Positions 39,100 to 48,682 of a stretch of 51,856 nt of DNA are shown piece after piece. Source of the DNA: Myxococcota bacterium (GTDB lineage: Bacteria > Myxococcota_A > UBA9160 > UBA4427); NCBI GenBank assembly GCA_036336835.1, contig JAYZFK010000055.1, forward strand, positions 1 through 51,856. Reading direction: 5' to 3'. Under the pieces are notes generated by a model. It saw nothing but the letters and a program-made list of their open reading frames with translations, ran no database searches and had not been told where the DNA came from. Within the stretch, counting starts at the first letter, position 1. The number at the start of each line of letters is the position of its first letter. The position numbers were made by a program, and so were the translations under genes.

Positions 39100-39807
39100 T
39101 GAAGCGCTTTTGTACCCTGAAGCGCCGTGCCGCAAGAATCGCTTGCCGGGTGGAAGGGTCCCATCGTGCTCTGGCGTCCCCCACATCTGAAAGAGCTTCG
39201 CCGGGGAATTGTCCTCGATGCCAAATCGGTCGTAGTACTTCTTGTCGACGAAGAATGCGTCGGGCCCGAAGCTCATCGAATAGACGAGCTCATAGCCTTT
39301 CCTCTTTGCGAGTTTGTAGAGCGATTGCAGACTCGCCCCTGTGTATCGGTCATGGTCCCAGTAGTTCATCGGGTGAAAATCGATCACCAGCAGGTCTGGA
39401 TCGGGAGGTGCTCCGGCTTCGTCGAAGATGACCTCGATATTTCCGGGATAGACCCATGCGTGCAGCGCCGTCACCCCCGGATAGCCCTTGTGGTTCTCGA
39501 TGAGCGCGGCGGCTCGAGCCGGGTTGCCCTCGATCAACAATCCACCCCAGCCCTTGTTGACGATCAGGTTGCGCGTGTTGCTGTTGTGGATGCCGTCGTA
39601 CGCACCGAACTCGATTGCGTACCCATGCGTCGGTGCGATGACCTCGAAGATCTTCTCGATGACGCCGTCTTCGCCGAATTGTGAGAAGACCTTCTTCTCG
39701 GCCGCTCTGAGATCGACCGGGGCATCGGGGTCTCGGGGCAGTGCCAGGAGCGCCACGGCTCCGGCGATTGCGATGGCTGTCGTCGCCGCGAGAAGCTTCT
39801 GCCGCAT
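39086..39807 (-). pseudogene. FkbM-like methyltransferase-fold exported protein, apparently internally deleted and frameshifted
   Basis: SQFGEDG, EFGAYDG..SNTR.L, GWGGLLIEG, GASLQSL...KGYELV; LLVID joins directly to FHPMNYW; an alternative frame ends FRVQKRFIMDR* at 39086. Confidence 0.55.
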
Positions 39808-40049
39808 GTTCGTGCACCCCGATTCAGTCTGTCAGACCAAGAGATAGCTTAGTTCGCGCGGACGGTTGGGTCTGATAGGCGTGGACTCGGCTCGGGTCGT
39901 GCGTGCGACGGACAGATACCCCCGAACGGCCCGCGTAGAGCGCCGGAGACCCCAGGAATGTCAACGACCTACCGGCTGATTTCGGGCGCTCTCACATCAA
40001 CGAGCCGCCCGATCTCTGGACGAGGAGGGGGCGAGGCGCAACCGATCAA

Positions 40050-40307
40050 TCATTCGCCTCGCTCGAAGACGAACAGGTGGTTCAGTCCGAGCTGGAAGCT
40101 CTCGCGGGCGATCAGCCGGAATCTGGTCGGGGCGAAGATGCCGGGTGTGTCGGCCGGCTTGAAGCCGTAGTGCTGCTCGAGGGACATGCCGTCGATCAGC
40201 CGAAGAAAGGTCAATACGTCGAGGATCAAGTCCACGGCCGGTGCCGGGGTCGTGATCACGAGTCGCCCTCCGGGCTGCAGGTGTTTTGCGCACGCAGCCG
40301 CGAAGAG
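40050..40307 (-). pseudogene. C-terminal fragment of a class I SAM methyltransferase
   Basis: [13 protein letters not shown]...[10 protein letters not shown]...[12 protein letters not shown] present; SAM-binding motif I absent. Confidence 0.6.
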
Positions 40308-40356
40308 TGTACCTTCGCGCGCTGCCCGCACCGTTGCCGGCCTCGGGAGCACGTCG

Positions 40357-41856
40357 ATGGACGCCGCCACCACCGGATCGCGCTCGGCTGGGCCCCTGGG
40401 TCTCGACGACCCGCGGCGCGCCTGGCAGGTGATCGCGGCGCTGCTCGTCCTCTATCTGGTCGGCTTTGCCTGCTTCTACCCCCGCGTCGTGATGAACGTC
40501 GACGAGTTGCAGTATGTGCATCAGACGCTGATGTTGCTCGAGGGGCGCTCGACCATCGAGGTCATCGATCCGCTCACGGGCGAGACCTTCGAGAAGCGGC
40601 CGAGCACTTATCCCATTGGAACCGCGCTGCTGATGGCACCCTGGGTGGCGAGCTTCGGATGGCGCGGGGCGTTCCTGGTGGCGCCGATCGCGCTGGTGCT
40701 CGCGGTCGTGATGCTCGGGCGCTGGCTGCAGGAGAACGGGCGCTCCCCGCTGTTCTCCTTGCTGCTGTTCGGCTTCGTTCCGACGCTGGTGATGAGCCGG
40801 TTGGCGATGAGCGATATGCCGAGCGTCGCGATGGTGACGCTCGGAATGTGGCTCTTCTGGCGCGGGCGAGAGGGGCCGCCGCGCCGTTGGCTGCTCGCTG
40901 GCTTCGTGTTCGGTGCCTCTACTGCGTTGCGGCCGCCCAATGCGCTCACCTTCCTGCTGCTGTGCGCGGGGACCGTCATCCGCTGGGATCGCCACTGGTG
41001 GGCGCTCGCGATCGGCGGCGTGGCCGGTAGTGCAGTTCGCCTTGCGTCGAGCGCGTTCGTGCTCGGCGACCCGTTCATGGCGCGGAACTCGTACCCCCTC
41101 GAACTGCACACCATCGGCGAGCGGCTGCCGCTCTTCCTGTTCGGGTTGTTGGTCCTGATCCCGGGAGGGCTCGTGCTCTCGCTGCTCTATCGCGGCGATC
41201 GGCGTCCCGAGATCGTCGGTACCATCGTGTCCTTCTTCGTCTTCTTCGTCTTCCAGAGGTACAGTACGGTCGAGACGAGCCTGCAGAACCGGATCGTGCT
41301 CGCGCTTCGCTACTTCCTGCCGCTTCTGCCGCTCATGGTGTTCGCCATGGCGGAGTCCGTGCCGCGGCTGTGGAACGCTCTGCAGCAGCGGCTCGAGCCA
41401 ACTGCTCGCGATCGTACGCGACGGGTCGCAGCCGTCATCGTTGCGGGTTGGCTCGTTGGACTCGGCCTCGCGTCGTTCGGCGTCCACTGGTTCCTTCACA
41501 GTCGGTCGGCGCGCCTGGCCGAGATGCGCGAGACGATCGTCAGTCACGTCGAGGGGCGCGTGATCGTCACGAACTGGTCGGGTACGGGGAAGTTCCTGCC
41601 CGATCTCGACCTCGAGTATGCGCCGCTCGATCGGAGGCAGGTCGAACCCGCGGTGCTCGTATCGCTTGCGAAACGCTACGACGGCCTGCTGATCGTCCTG
41701 CTGGACCGCACCGACAGCGAGTGGTTCCGCAACGAGACGGCGTTCAACGCGACGTACATCGATCGGGTCGAGCCCGAGCCCGAGCTGCTTCTCGACCGTC
41801 GCTTCTCGCCGACAGAACGGCTGCGCATCTGGCAGATGTCGGGGGAATCGAACTAG
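40357..41856 (+). CDS. Polytopic membrane protein, GT-C/ArnT-like glycosyltransferase
   Basis: DE motif after first TM (NVDELQY), [18 protein letters not shown]; many TM helices. Confidence 0.65.
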   Translation: MDAATTGSRSAGPLGLDDPRRAWQVIAALLVLYLVGFACFYPRVVMNVDELQYVHQTLMLLEGRSTIEVIDPLTGETFEKRPSTYPIGTALLMAPWVASFGWRGAFLVAPIALVLAVVMLGRWLQENGRSPLFSLLLFGFVPTLVMSRLAMSDMPSVAMVTLGMWLFWRGREGPPRRWLLAGFVFGASTALRPPNALTFLLLCAGTVIRWDRHWWALAIGGVAGSAVRLASSAFVLGDPFMARNSYPLELHTIGERLPLFLFGLLVLIPGGLVLSLLYRGDRRPEIVGTIVSFFVFFVFQRYSTVETSLQNRIVLALRYFLPLLPLMVFAMAESVPRLWNALQQRLEPTARDRTRRVAAVIVAGWLVGLGLASFGVHWFLHSRSARLAEMRETIVSHVEGRVIVTNWSGTGKFLPDLDLEYAPLDRRQVEPAVLVSLAKRYDGLLIVLLDRTDSEWFRNETAFNATYIDRVEPEPELLLDRRFSPTERLRIWQMSGESN

Positions 41857-41882
41857 CCAGGAGTGCCTGCGCAGAACCCTGC

Positions 41883-43262
41883 TCAGAACGGCAGGTCGAA
41901 GACACCGGGAACCACGAGTTGGTGCGATGCGCCCAGCACGTTCTCGGCAGCGAGTATGCCGCACTCCACCGAGTGGCTCATCTGGTTGTAGGTGAACATG
42001 CCATTGCGGCCGATCGTTTGCAGACCGCCGACTTCGTCGAGTCTCTCGATCAGTCGATCGGCAATCGCGCGGTAGCCGAGCGAATGGATCGGATAGGCCT
42101 CGCGGAATCGTTCTACTTTCGCGTCGCGGACGCGTTGCGCGTCGACGAGCCCGATCGTGCCCAGCTCCGCGAGCGCAAGCTCCACGAGTGCGTCGTCGGA
42201 GGCCTCCCACGTCTGGTCGCCGTGAAAGCAGTTGTACTCGACGGTGACAGGTGTCCTTCCCTCGGGCCCGCGCATCGCCGGCGACATGTTTGCGAAGCCG
42301 GTGATACGGAAGGCCTTGACGTCGAAGGTATACGGGTGGACGAACTCATACGGGAACGCTCCCTCTTCGTCGATCACGAGGTTCACGAGCACCAGGTCGC
42401 GGTGCTGCAGGCTCGAAGCCGCTTGCAACACGGCGCGTTCGGGCGCCGGGTCGAGCGCGCGCACCAGCTGCGGAAGGGAAGCCGTCGAGATCACGGCGCC
42501 GCACTCGACCTCGTCGGTCTCGCCGGTTTGCAGATTGTGGTAGTGCACGGCCACGACGCGTCCGCCGTGCTGCACGACGGCTCTCGCCTCGCAGTCGAGA
42601 AGTGTCCGGGTCGTCCCGCCCAACGAGTCGCCGAGCCGGGCGTACAGCGCGCCGGCGCCGCCGACCGGGTAGCGGACGGGGACCTGGATCGCCTCGTCGA
42701 TGCCGGGCGAGCCCGGCTGCCGGCCGGCACGGAGCCGCGCTGTGAAGGGTCGGCTCTGTGAGGTGTACCAGCTCGGGTCGATCCTGCTGAGCGGTTCGCC
42801 CCAGAGCTTCTCTTCGCGTGGCCGGTAGAGGGCGTCGTAGAGCGCATCGCCGCGGACGTTGCGGAGCCAGTCCTCGCCCGAAAGGACGGGTCGAGGCCGA
42901 AGCAGGCGACCGAGGAGCTGAAGGGCGATTCGGGCGCGGGTGCGGAGCGACTGACTGAAGAAGTAGTCGCGTTTGCTCGCGTGAAGCGATCCGCCCGAGT
43001 AGATCGCCGATCGCTCTTCGCTCTCTGGTTCGTACCGGCCGTCACAGAGCTCGTCCCACAGATCTGCAACGGCCTGTGTCCTCGGCTTGAAGACGTGAGC
43101 ACCCACGTCGAAGCGCGTGCCCGAAAGCTCGAGCGGTCGACTGAGGCCTCCAACCTGTGGGTCGCGCTCGATCAATACGACCGGCTTTGCCGCCCGACCG
43201 AGCCGCCAGGCGGCGGCCAGTCCTGCGGGACCGGCACCGATCACGACCGTAGGTGACGTCAT
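41883..43262 (-). CDS. FAD-dependent oxidoreductase (protoporphyrinogen oxidase / UDP-galactopyranose mutase-like)
   Basis: VIGAGPAGLAAA, VGGLS, FDVGAH, YPVGG, AYP, IGRNGMFTYNQMSHS. Confidence 0.8.
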   Translation of the reverse strand: MTSPTVVIGAGPAGLAAAWRLGRAAKPVVLIERDPQVGGLSRPLELSGTRFDVGAHVFKPRTQAVADLWDELCDGRYEPESEERSAIYSGGSLHASKRDYFFSQSLRTRARIALQLLGRLLRPRPVLSGEDWLRNVRGDALYDALYRPREEKLWGEPLSRIDPSWYTSQSRPFTARLRAGRQPGSPGIDEAIQVPVRYPVGGAGALYARLGDSLGGTTRTLLDCEARAVVQHGGRVVAVHYHNLQTGETDEVECGAVISTASLPQLVRALDPAPERAVLQAASSLQHRDLVLVNLVIDEEGAFPYEFVHPYTFDVKAFRITGFANMSPAMRGPEGRTPVTVEYNCFHGDQTWEASDDALVELALAELGTIGLVDAQRVRDAKVERFREAYPIHSLGYRAIADRLIERLDEVGGLQTIGRNGMFTYNQMSHSVECGILAAENVLGASHQLVVPGVFDLPF

Positions 43263-43460
43263 GGGTTCGCAGCCGCCGCGCGCGGGCCTCGCGGCAAGGG
43301 ATTGTGCTCTGGCGCATCCACAAGGCGCTCGTTGCGTGCGCCGTATCGATTGCTGCCGCTGTGGGCGGTTCACTCTAGCAGCCAAGCCGATGAGAACGCG
43401 AGCTCCGCGGAGCCGAGGGAGTCGGGCTCAGACCGCGTCTCGCTCGGGGTTCGGTCGCGA

Positions 43461-44402
43461 TCAGGCCGCGGCCGGCGGCTCGCGGAGACCGGCCGGCGGA
43501 GTCGTGCCTCGGGTCTTGCGACCGAACCTCGCGAGTCCCAGCAGACCCAGCCCGTACAGCAGGGCGGTCGAGGGCTCGGGGAAGGTCGTCGTCGGGTCGG
43601 CGAGATAGATGGCCTGGATCCCGGCGATGTCGTCGGCAGACAGAGTCCGGCTGATCGTCTCGGGCGAGAAGAACGGGTACATCACCGAGGCCGGATCTTC
43701 CGAGTGCCCGAGACCCAACGAGTGCCCGAGCTCGTGGAGCACGACACTGGCGAAATCGAATCCGCTCGACCCCGGGCCACAGCCCACTCCGCCAAGGGCG
43801 TAGTCGCACCACAGCTCGCCGCTGTCGAAGTGTGCATCGCCGCCGATCGATCCCGCAAAGCCCGTGAGTGGCGCGAAGGCGTGAGCGAGGATTCCGCCCG
43901 GACCGTCGAACGGGATCGTGCCGACCCGGATGTCGCCGAAGATCGTGTTCCCGGGGCCCAGATCAGTGGTGTTGAACGCCGCTCCGGAGTCGAAGACCCT
44001 CCCCAGGTTGGTGAAGCCCCCAGAGCTCCCGGCCGACCACACGTCCAGCATCGCGCCGTAGACGTCGAGTTCGGTGCCAGAGCCGGTGCCGGCGATCACC
44101 GTCCCGTTATGACCACCGACGGTCTCGTCACCGTTGGCATTGTGCGGCGGGTCGAGCAAGATGGATGCGGTTCCAGCCGGCATCACGCTCCAGGTCGCGT
44201 CGCCGGGTGCCATGGGTCCGTCCGGTGGCGCGAGCAGATAGTTGCTCGCGGTATTCGGCCCTGGATCCCACTTGCTAGGCCCAAGGAAGGTGAAGTTGGT
44301 CGCGCTGCTGCTGCCACTGGCGATCAGCAATGCGGCGGCCGGACTCGCCGCGATCAGGACGAACGAGAGCGCAGCCACGAGTCCCGCGATACGAAACGGC
44401 AC
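43461..44402 (-). CDS. Matrixin (M10) metalloprotease with PEP-CTERM sorting signal
   Basis: FDGPGGILAHAF, GDAHFD, HELGHSLGLGH, Met-turn SVMYP; FPEPSTALLYGLGLLGLARFGRK; start inferred from the signal peptide. Confidence 0.85.
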   Translation of the reverse strand: MPFRIAGLVAALSFVLIAASPAAALLIASGSSSATNFTFLGPSKWDPGPNTASNYLLAPPDGPMAPGDATWSVMPAGTASILLDPPHNANGDETVGGHNGTVIAGTGSGTELDVYGAMLDVWSAGSSGGFTNLGRVFDSGAAFNTTDLGPGNTIFGDIRVGTIPFDGPGGILAHAFAPLTGFAGSIGGDAHFDSGELWCDYALGGVGCGPGSSGFDFASVVLHELGHSLGLGHSEDPASVMYPFFSPETISRTLSADDIAGIQAIYLADPTTTFPEPSTALLYGLGLLGLARFGRKTRGTTPPAGLREPPAAA

Positions 44403-45046
44403 GAAGCATGCCGCGCGCAGGCCGATTCCCCTGCGAGGCGGAGGGTTCCCGCGCCTACGCACCCCGCCAGGGGGCTGGGCGCAGATCGCTCCAGAGATGT
44501 GCGTTCGCATTCGGAGGCTCCCTGCCAGCGACGATGAGCCCGGTCGTATTCCCACTGATCCACAATGGCTCGACCCCCAGCTCTGCACGCCCTGTGCCAC
44601 CTGTGGAAAATTCAATGAATACAGTGAACTCGTCGGTTCCGGCGGGCAGTATCCGGGTCGATCCTTGACGTGGTCGAGCGCCGGGCTCGCGGCGCAAATG
44701 GGTAGACACGTTCGCAAGGGCTCGGCGCACAACGAGAATCGTGGGTCGGACCGCGGATCGTTCGACGCTCGGACGGAGCGACATTTCTTGCGTAGAGGGT
44801 ATTCGGGGCGTCTTTTCGGGCAGGGTCCGACGACCGCTTCCCGAGGTCGGCGACCGAACACCGGATCGATCGCGCGGGTCGGCCGTGTTGCAGGCGGGAT
44901 TCCGATCACTCGCGTTCTGTTGACCGCCGTCCGGTGCCTCGCAGTTGGTGCGTCACCAACCGGACGAGGTCGGTCACCTACCTGCGCCTCATCTCGCACG
45001 GGAAGGGGGTCGCAGCTCGAACGGGGCTCGGAAAGGACACGTGCCG

Positions 45047-45685
45047 ATGAGATCCGCCGCGCTCACGCTCCCGATGCGAGCGTCGGCCTCCACAATCGTC
45101 GTTACGTGCTTGCTCTTCGCCCTGGATGCGGAGGCGAGCTTGTTGTCCTCTTCCTATCAGGACGCCGTGGACGAGAGCGAGTCGACGATCGGTTTGACCG
45201 CTACGCGCTTCCGCTTCGACGACCCCAGTGGGTGGTACGAAATCGCGTTCACAGCGAGCCGCGTGAGTCCCTTTGTCGGGGCTTTTCGGCGCAATGTGAA
45301 TCTGGCAAACGTGACACTGGGTGACACGCCCAACTGGCGTCGAGCAGGCTTCCGGGATGCGTTCAACGATTTCGATATCGCGTCGCACCGCGCCGGCTGC
45401 AACATCGGGGGAGGCTGTCGCATAGCACGAAGAAGAACACTCGTCCTCGCCGGTACCAATCGGAACCTCACCTCCCGGCGTGGGGGTGATCGGATTCTGG
45501 CCCTCGATCCCGCGGCAGAGCTCGCAACAGGCGTGTTGGATGTCCCGATTGTTCCTGCCTCGCTCGCTGCCGATTCCAATCCGTTGCCACCCGTCGCGGT
45601 GGCCGTGCCCGAGCCCGCCACTGCCCTTCTCTTTGGCCTCGGGTTGGCCGCGTGCTCGGTGGCGGGCAGGCGCAGCAGAACGTAA
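45047..45685 (+). CDS. PEP-CTERM sorting-domain protein
   Basis: Signal peptide; C-terminal VPEPATALLFGLGLAACSVAGRRSR; AAAGGA SD. Confidence 0.75.
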   Translation: MRSAALTLPMRASASTIVVTCLLFALDAEASLLSSSYQDAVDESESTIGLTATRFRFDDPSGWYEIAFTASRVSPFVGAFRRNVNLANVTLGDTPNWRRAGFRDAFNDFDIASHRAGCNIGGGCRIARRRTLVLAGTNRNLTSRRGGDRILALDPAAELATGVLDVPIVPASLAADSNPLPPVAVAVPEPATALLFGLGLAACSVAGRRSRT

Positions 45686-45892
45686 CGCGCGCCCGGTCTG
45701 TATCGCCCCATCGCAACCAGGCACGACGGTCGATCGAGCGGCCGGACGAGGGTCGCGTCGCTTCGTCGACGCTCACGCTCGGGATACCGACTGCGCTGCC
45801 GCAGACCATCAGGTCGGCGACACGCGCTTCCAGGCCCCGCGGGAGTTGACACCTGCTGGCTCGATTGGATATCAGCCCGGGAGACGATCAGC

Positions 45893-46948
45893 ATGTCCTG
45901 TCCCCAAGTGAGCTACAGCGCTCTCGCCGTTCTGCTGCTAGCGGCCTCCGCGGGCCGCGCCGCGGGTGGTGCGGCCGCGCCGCTGCCGCCGACCGGTGGT
46001 GTTCCCTCGGAGGCGATCACGCTGTGCGTCGTTCCCGACACGCAGTACTTCGGGCCGAGAGACCCGCTGCCCGGGGCCCAGGTCCAGTGGTGCCTGGACC
46101 AGCGCAAGGCCTACAACATCCGTTTCGTCACGCAGCTCGGCGATACGGCCGACCACTCATCGCTCCGCGCCAACATGGAGAACGTGCGCGCTGCGATGGA
46201 CCGCTCGACTCCTGTGCTTGCGCGTTCGGTCGTTCCGGGCAACCACGACGTGGGGGGAACGCCTGCGGAGTGGAAGAACTTCCTCGAGGTCTTTCACGAC
46301 GATTGGCATCGGGCGTCGCTCGCCTATGGAGGCGCTTCGCCGGCGCTGGCGGGATCGACGAGCCCCCGCGAGAGCCAGGGGCTGAATCACTACCAGTTCG
46401 TCACCGGGAGCGATGGACGCATCCAGTACCTGCACTTCGGGCTGGAGTGGGAGGGCGACGATCCCTGGATCGGTGCGTGGGTGAGTGAGGTGCTGGCCGA
46501 GCACCCGGGCGTGCCGGCCATCGTCTCCCTGCACAAGGGCGGCGTTCCGATGGGCGCCACCCAGGTGCGGTGCAGGGATCCGCGCAGGCCACCTGTCGCC
46601 GACCTGTGGAACAACGTGGTGAACCGCGAGGGCAACGAGGCGATCTTTCTCGTGATGGGAGGGCACTGGATCTTGCCCGGAGAGGAGTGCCACGACCAGC
46701 GCGCGCGCAACCGCAAGGGCTGGACCGTGAACTACGTCACCACGAACTTTCAGCAGCGGCAGCAGGTTGCCGGAACTGCGCTCGTCACCGTCGACCCGCA
46801 GGCGGACAGCATCGCGGTGAAGACTTGGCTGGTCGGCCTCGGGGAGTGGGAAACTGACCGCAACAGCGAGTACACGCTTCGCAATGCGGGTGTAAGGGTC
46901 CGATTCGGCGTCGCACGGCCCGCTTCGCCGCCAGTCGATTCGAATTGA
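45893..46948 (+). CDS. Secreted calcineurin-like metallophosphoesterase
   Basis: Signal peptide; PDTQ, LGD, PGNHD, SLH and GGHW motifs. Confidence 0.8.
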   Translation: MSCPQVSYSALAVLLLAASAGRAAGGAAAPLPPTGGVPSEAITLCVVPDTQYFGPRDPLPGAQVQWCLDQRKAYNIRFVTQLGDTADHSSLRANMENVRAAMDRSTPVLARSVVPGNHDVGGTPAEWKNFLEVFHDDWHRASLAYGGASPALAGSTSPRESQGLNHYQFVTGSDGRIQYLHFGLEWEGDDPWIGAWVSEVLAEHPGVPAIVSLHKGGVPMGATQVRCRDPRRPPVADLWNNVVNREGNEAIFLVMGGHWILPGEECHDQRARNRKGWTVNYVTTNFQQRQQVAGTALVTVDPQADSIAVKTWLVGLGEWETDRNSEYTLRNAGVRVRFGVARPASPPVDSN

Positions 46949-47015
46949 CAGCGCCCCGGATCTCCAGCCGGGCAGCGGCACATGGATGCCGCACGGCGAG
47001 GATCTCCAGTCTCGA

Positions 47016-47114
47016 TCAGCCCCCTTCCGCGACGCTGCGCGTCAGCGTCACGACGAGGTAGAAGAGGGTGATGATGCAGACGATGACGATTCCGACACGC
47101 ATGGGATTGCTCAC
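47016..47114 (-). CDS. 32-aa single-TM small protein (MSNPMRVGIVIVCIITLFYLVVTLTRSVAEGG)
   Basis: GGAGGT SD 6 nt before GTG; extended -10 TGtTAGCCT (47147-47139); high-GC3 codons; absent from the ORF track. Confidence 0.6.
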   Translation of the reverse strand: MSNPMRVGIVIVCIITLFYLVVTLTRSVAEGG

Positions 47115-47194
47115 GATGCGACCTCCGAACGAGCGACAAGGCTAACACGCCCGCCGCCGGGCGATTCGTGCTTCGCTCACGGGCGCACTCGCCC

Positions 47195-47716
47195 CTATGC
47201 CGCCCCAAAGATTGCGTACACCAGCCCGAGGATGAGGGCCTGCACCACCCAGCCGATCGCGCACACGCCGATCGCTCGCCAGGTACTCGAATAGTCGAGC
47301 GCCTGACGCACTGCGATCACCATTGCGACGAGCATCCACACGCCGGCTACCGAGAATACGATCGGCGCCAGTCCGGGGATGATGCCCGCCACCCGGATCA
47401 CCCCCGGCGCGCTGGCGAACCCGATCGTGCGCAGGAGTTGGCCGTGGTCTGCCTCTGTCTGCGGCTCCGGCAGCAGTCGAGTTCCGATGTAGTAGGTGAG
47501 AAACGCCCAGACGTACCACCCGAAGAGAGCCGCGAGCGTGCCGCTGACGAGTCCGGTCAGGCCGCCGATCCCGAGGCTTCCGATCCCCGCCGCGACGGCG
47601 GCCAGGATGACCACCGCGGTGGCCTGACCGAGCGCTCCCTCGTCGTGCTCGACCTCTTCGTACAGCTCGACGTCGAGCTTGGCGGCGCGAAGCATGCGCT
47701 CCTGGATGTCAGCCAT
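47195..47716 (-). CDS. YIP1-family membrane protein
   Basis: MLRAAKLD..LYEEVEHD, LLRTIGFASAPG, AVRQALDY; GGAGG SD; TATACT -10 at 47798-47793. Confidence 0.8.
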   Translation of the reverse strand: MADIQERMLRAAKLDVELYEEVEHDEGALGQATAVVILAAVAAGIGSLGIGGLTGLVSGTLAALFGWYVWAFLTYYIGTRLLPEPQTEADHGQLLRTIGFASAPGVIRVAGIIPGLAPIVFSVAGVWMLVAMVIAVRQALDYSSTWRAIGVCAIGWVVQALILGLVYAIFGAA

Positions 47717-47895
47717 GTGAACCCTCCGTGCTGTCGGTAGACGAGTTTGCGCCCGCTCTCGCTTATGCGCACCGGTGTCCGTTCTGGTTGGAAGTATAGG
47801 CGGCGTTCCCGACTGCGCGTCCGACGAAATCGTGCCCGCCCGGCTGGCTTCCACTGGCGAGAGTGTCCTAGACTTGCGAGTCCCTGGAGGATGAC

Positions 47896-48633
47896 GTGGG
47901 CGGAAGAAGACGCAGCTCCTATGCTGACGTGGATCGGAGAACGTTCTTGCAGGCTACTGCCCGAGTGGCAGGTGCGGTGGCCCTGCCCGGAGTGTCTCTT
48001 ATGAAGAGCGCGTACGCTTCGGCCGAGGGCTCCGGCCCGACCCCCGATGGAGCCCTTGCAAAGCTGATGCAGGGGCACGACCGCTACCTCGGCGGTCGGA
48101 GCGGGAACCACGACCTCGTCTCTCACCGTGCGGAGCTTGCAAAGGGTCAGCAGCCGGTCGCTGCGGTGCTCTCGTGTGCGGATTCCCGGGTGGTGCCCGA
48201 CCTGCTCTTCGACATGCCCTCGGGCCAGCTCTTCGTGGTCCGTGTCGCCGGGAACTTCGTGACCGACAGCGGCCAGGCCTCGCTCGAGTACGGCATCGAG
48301 GTGCTCGGCATCCCCCTCGTCGTCGTACTCGGTCACTCGAGCTGCGGCGCCGTGGACGCGGCGATCAAGGTGGCGAAGGACGATGCGAAGCTGCCGGGGA
48401 AGCTTCCGGGCCTCGTCGCCTCGATCCTGCCCGCGGTCGAGGACGTGCTGGGCGCGCCGGGAGACCTCCTGGACAACGCCATCGCCCAGAACGTGCGGCG
48501 CAACGTCGAGATCCTGCGCAAGGCCGCGCCCATCATCGGCCCCGCTGCGGCCTCGGGAAAGATCAGGGTGGTCGGAGGGGTCTACGACATCGCCAGCGGT
48601 CGCGTCACGATGCTCGACTCGAACGCGGGATGA
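47896..48633 (+). CDS. Beta-class carbonic anhydrase with Tat signal
   Basis: DRRTFLQ; CADSRV, FVVRVAGN and GHSSCGA zinc motifs; GGAGG SD. Confidence 0.93.
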   Translation: MGGRRRSSYADVDRRTFLQATARVAGAVALPGVSLMKSAYASAEGSGPTPDGALAKLMQGHDRYLGGRSGNHDLVSHRAELAKGQQPVAAVLSCADSRVVPDLLFDMPSGQLFVVRVAGNFVTDSGQASLEYGIEVLGIPLVVVLGHSSCGAVDAAIKVAKDDAKLPGKLPGLVASILPAVEDVLGAPGDLLDNAIAQNVRRNVEILRKAAPIIGPAAASGKIRVVGGVYDIASGRVTMLDSNAG

Positions 48634-48682
48634 TCGTTCGCCATCTCTCTCCGCCGACGAGCTGAACGGCATGTGGGCGGAA

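Noticed and set aside
44403..44999. N-terminal 199 aa of the 512-aa matrixin ORF
   Set aside because: Pro/Arg-rich, non-protein-like, and upstream of a clear signal peptide. Treated as a spurious extension.
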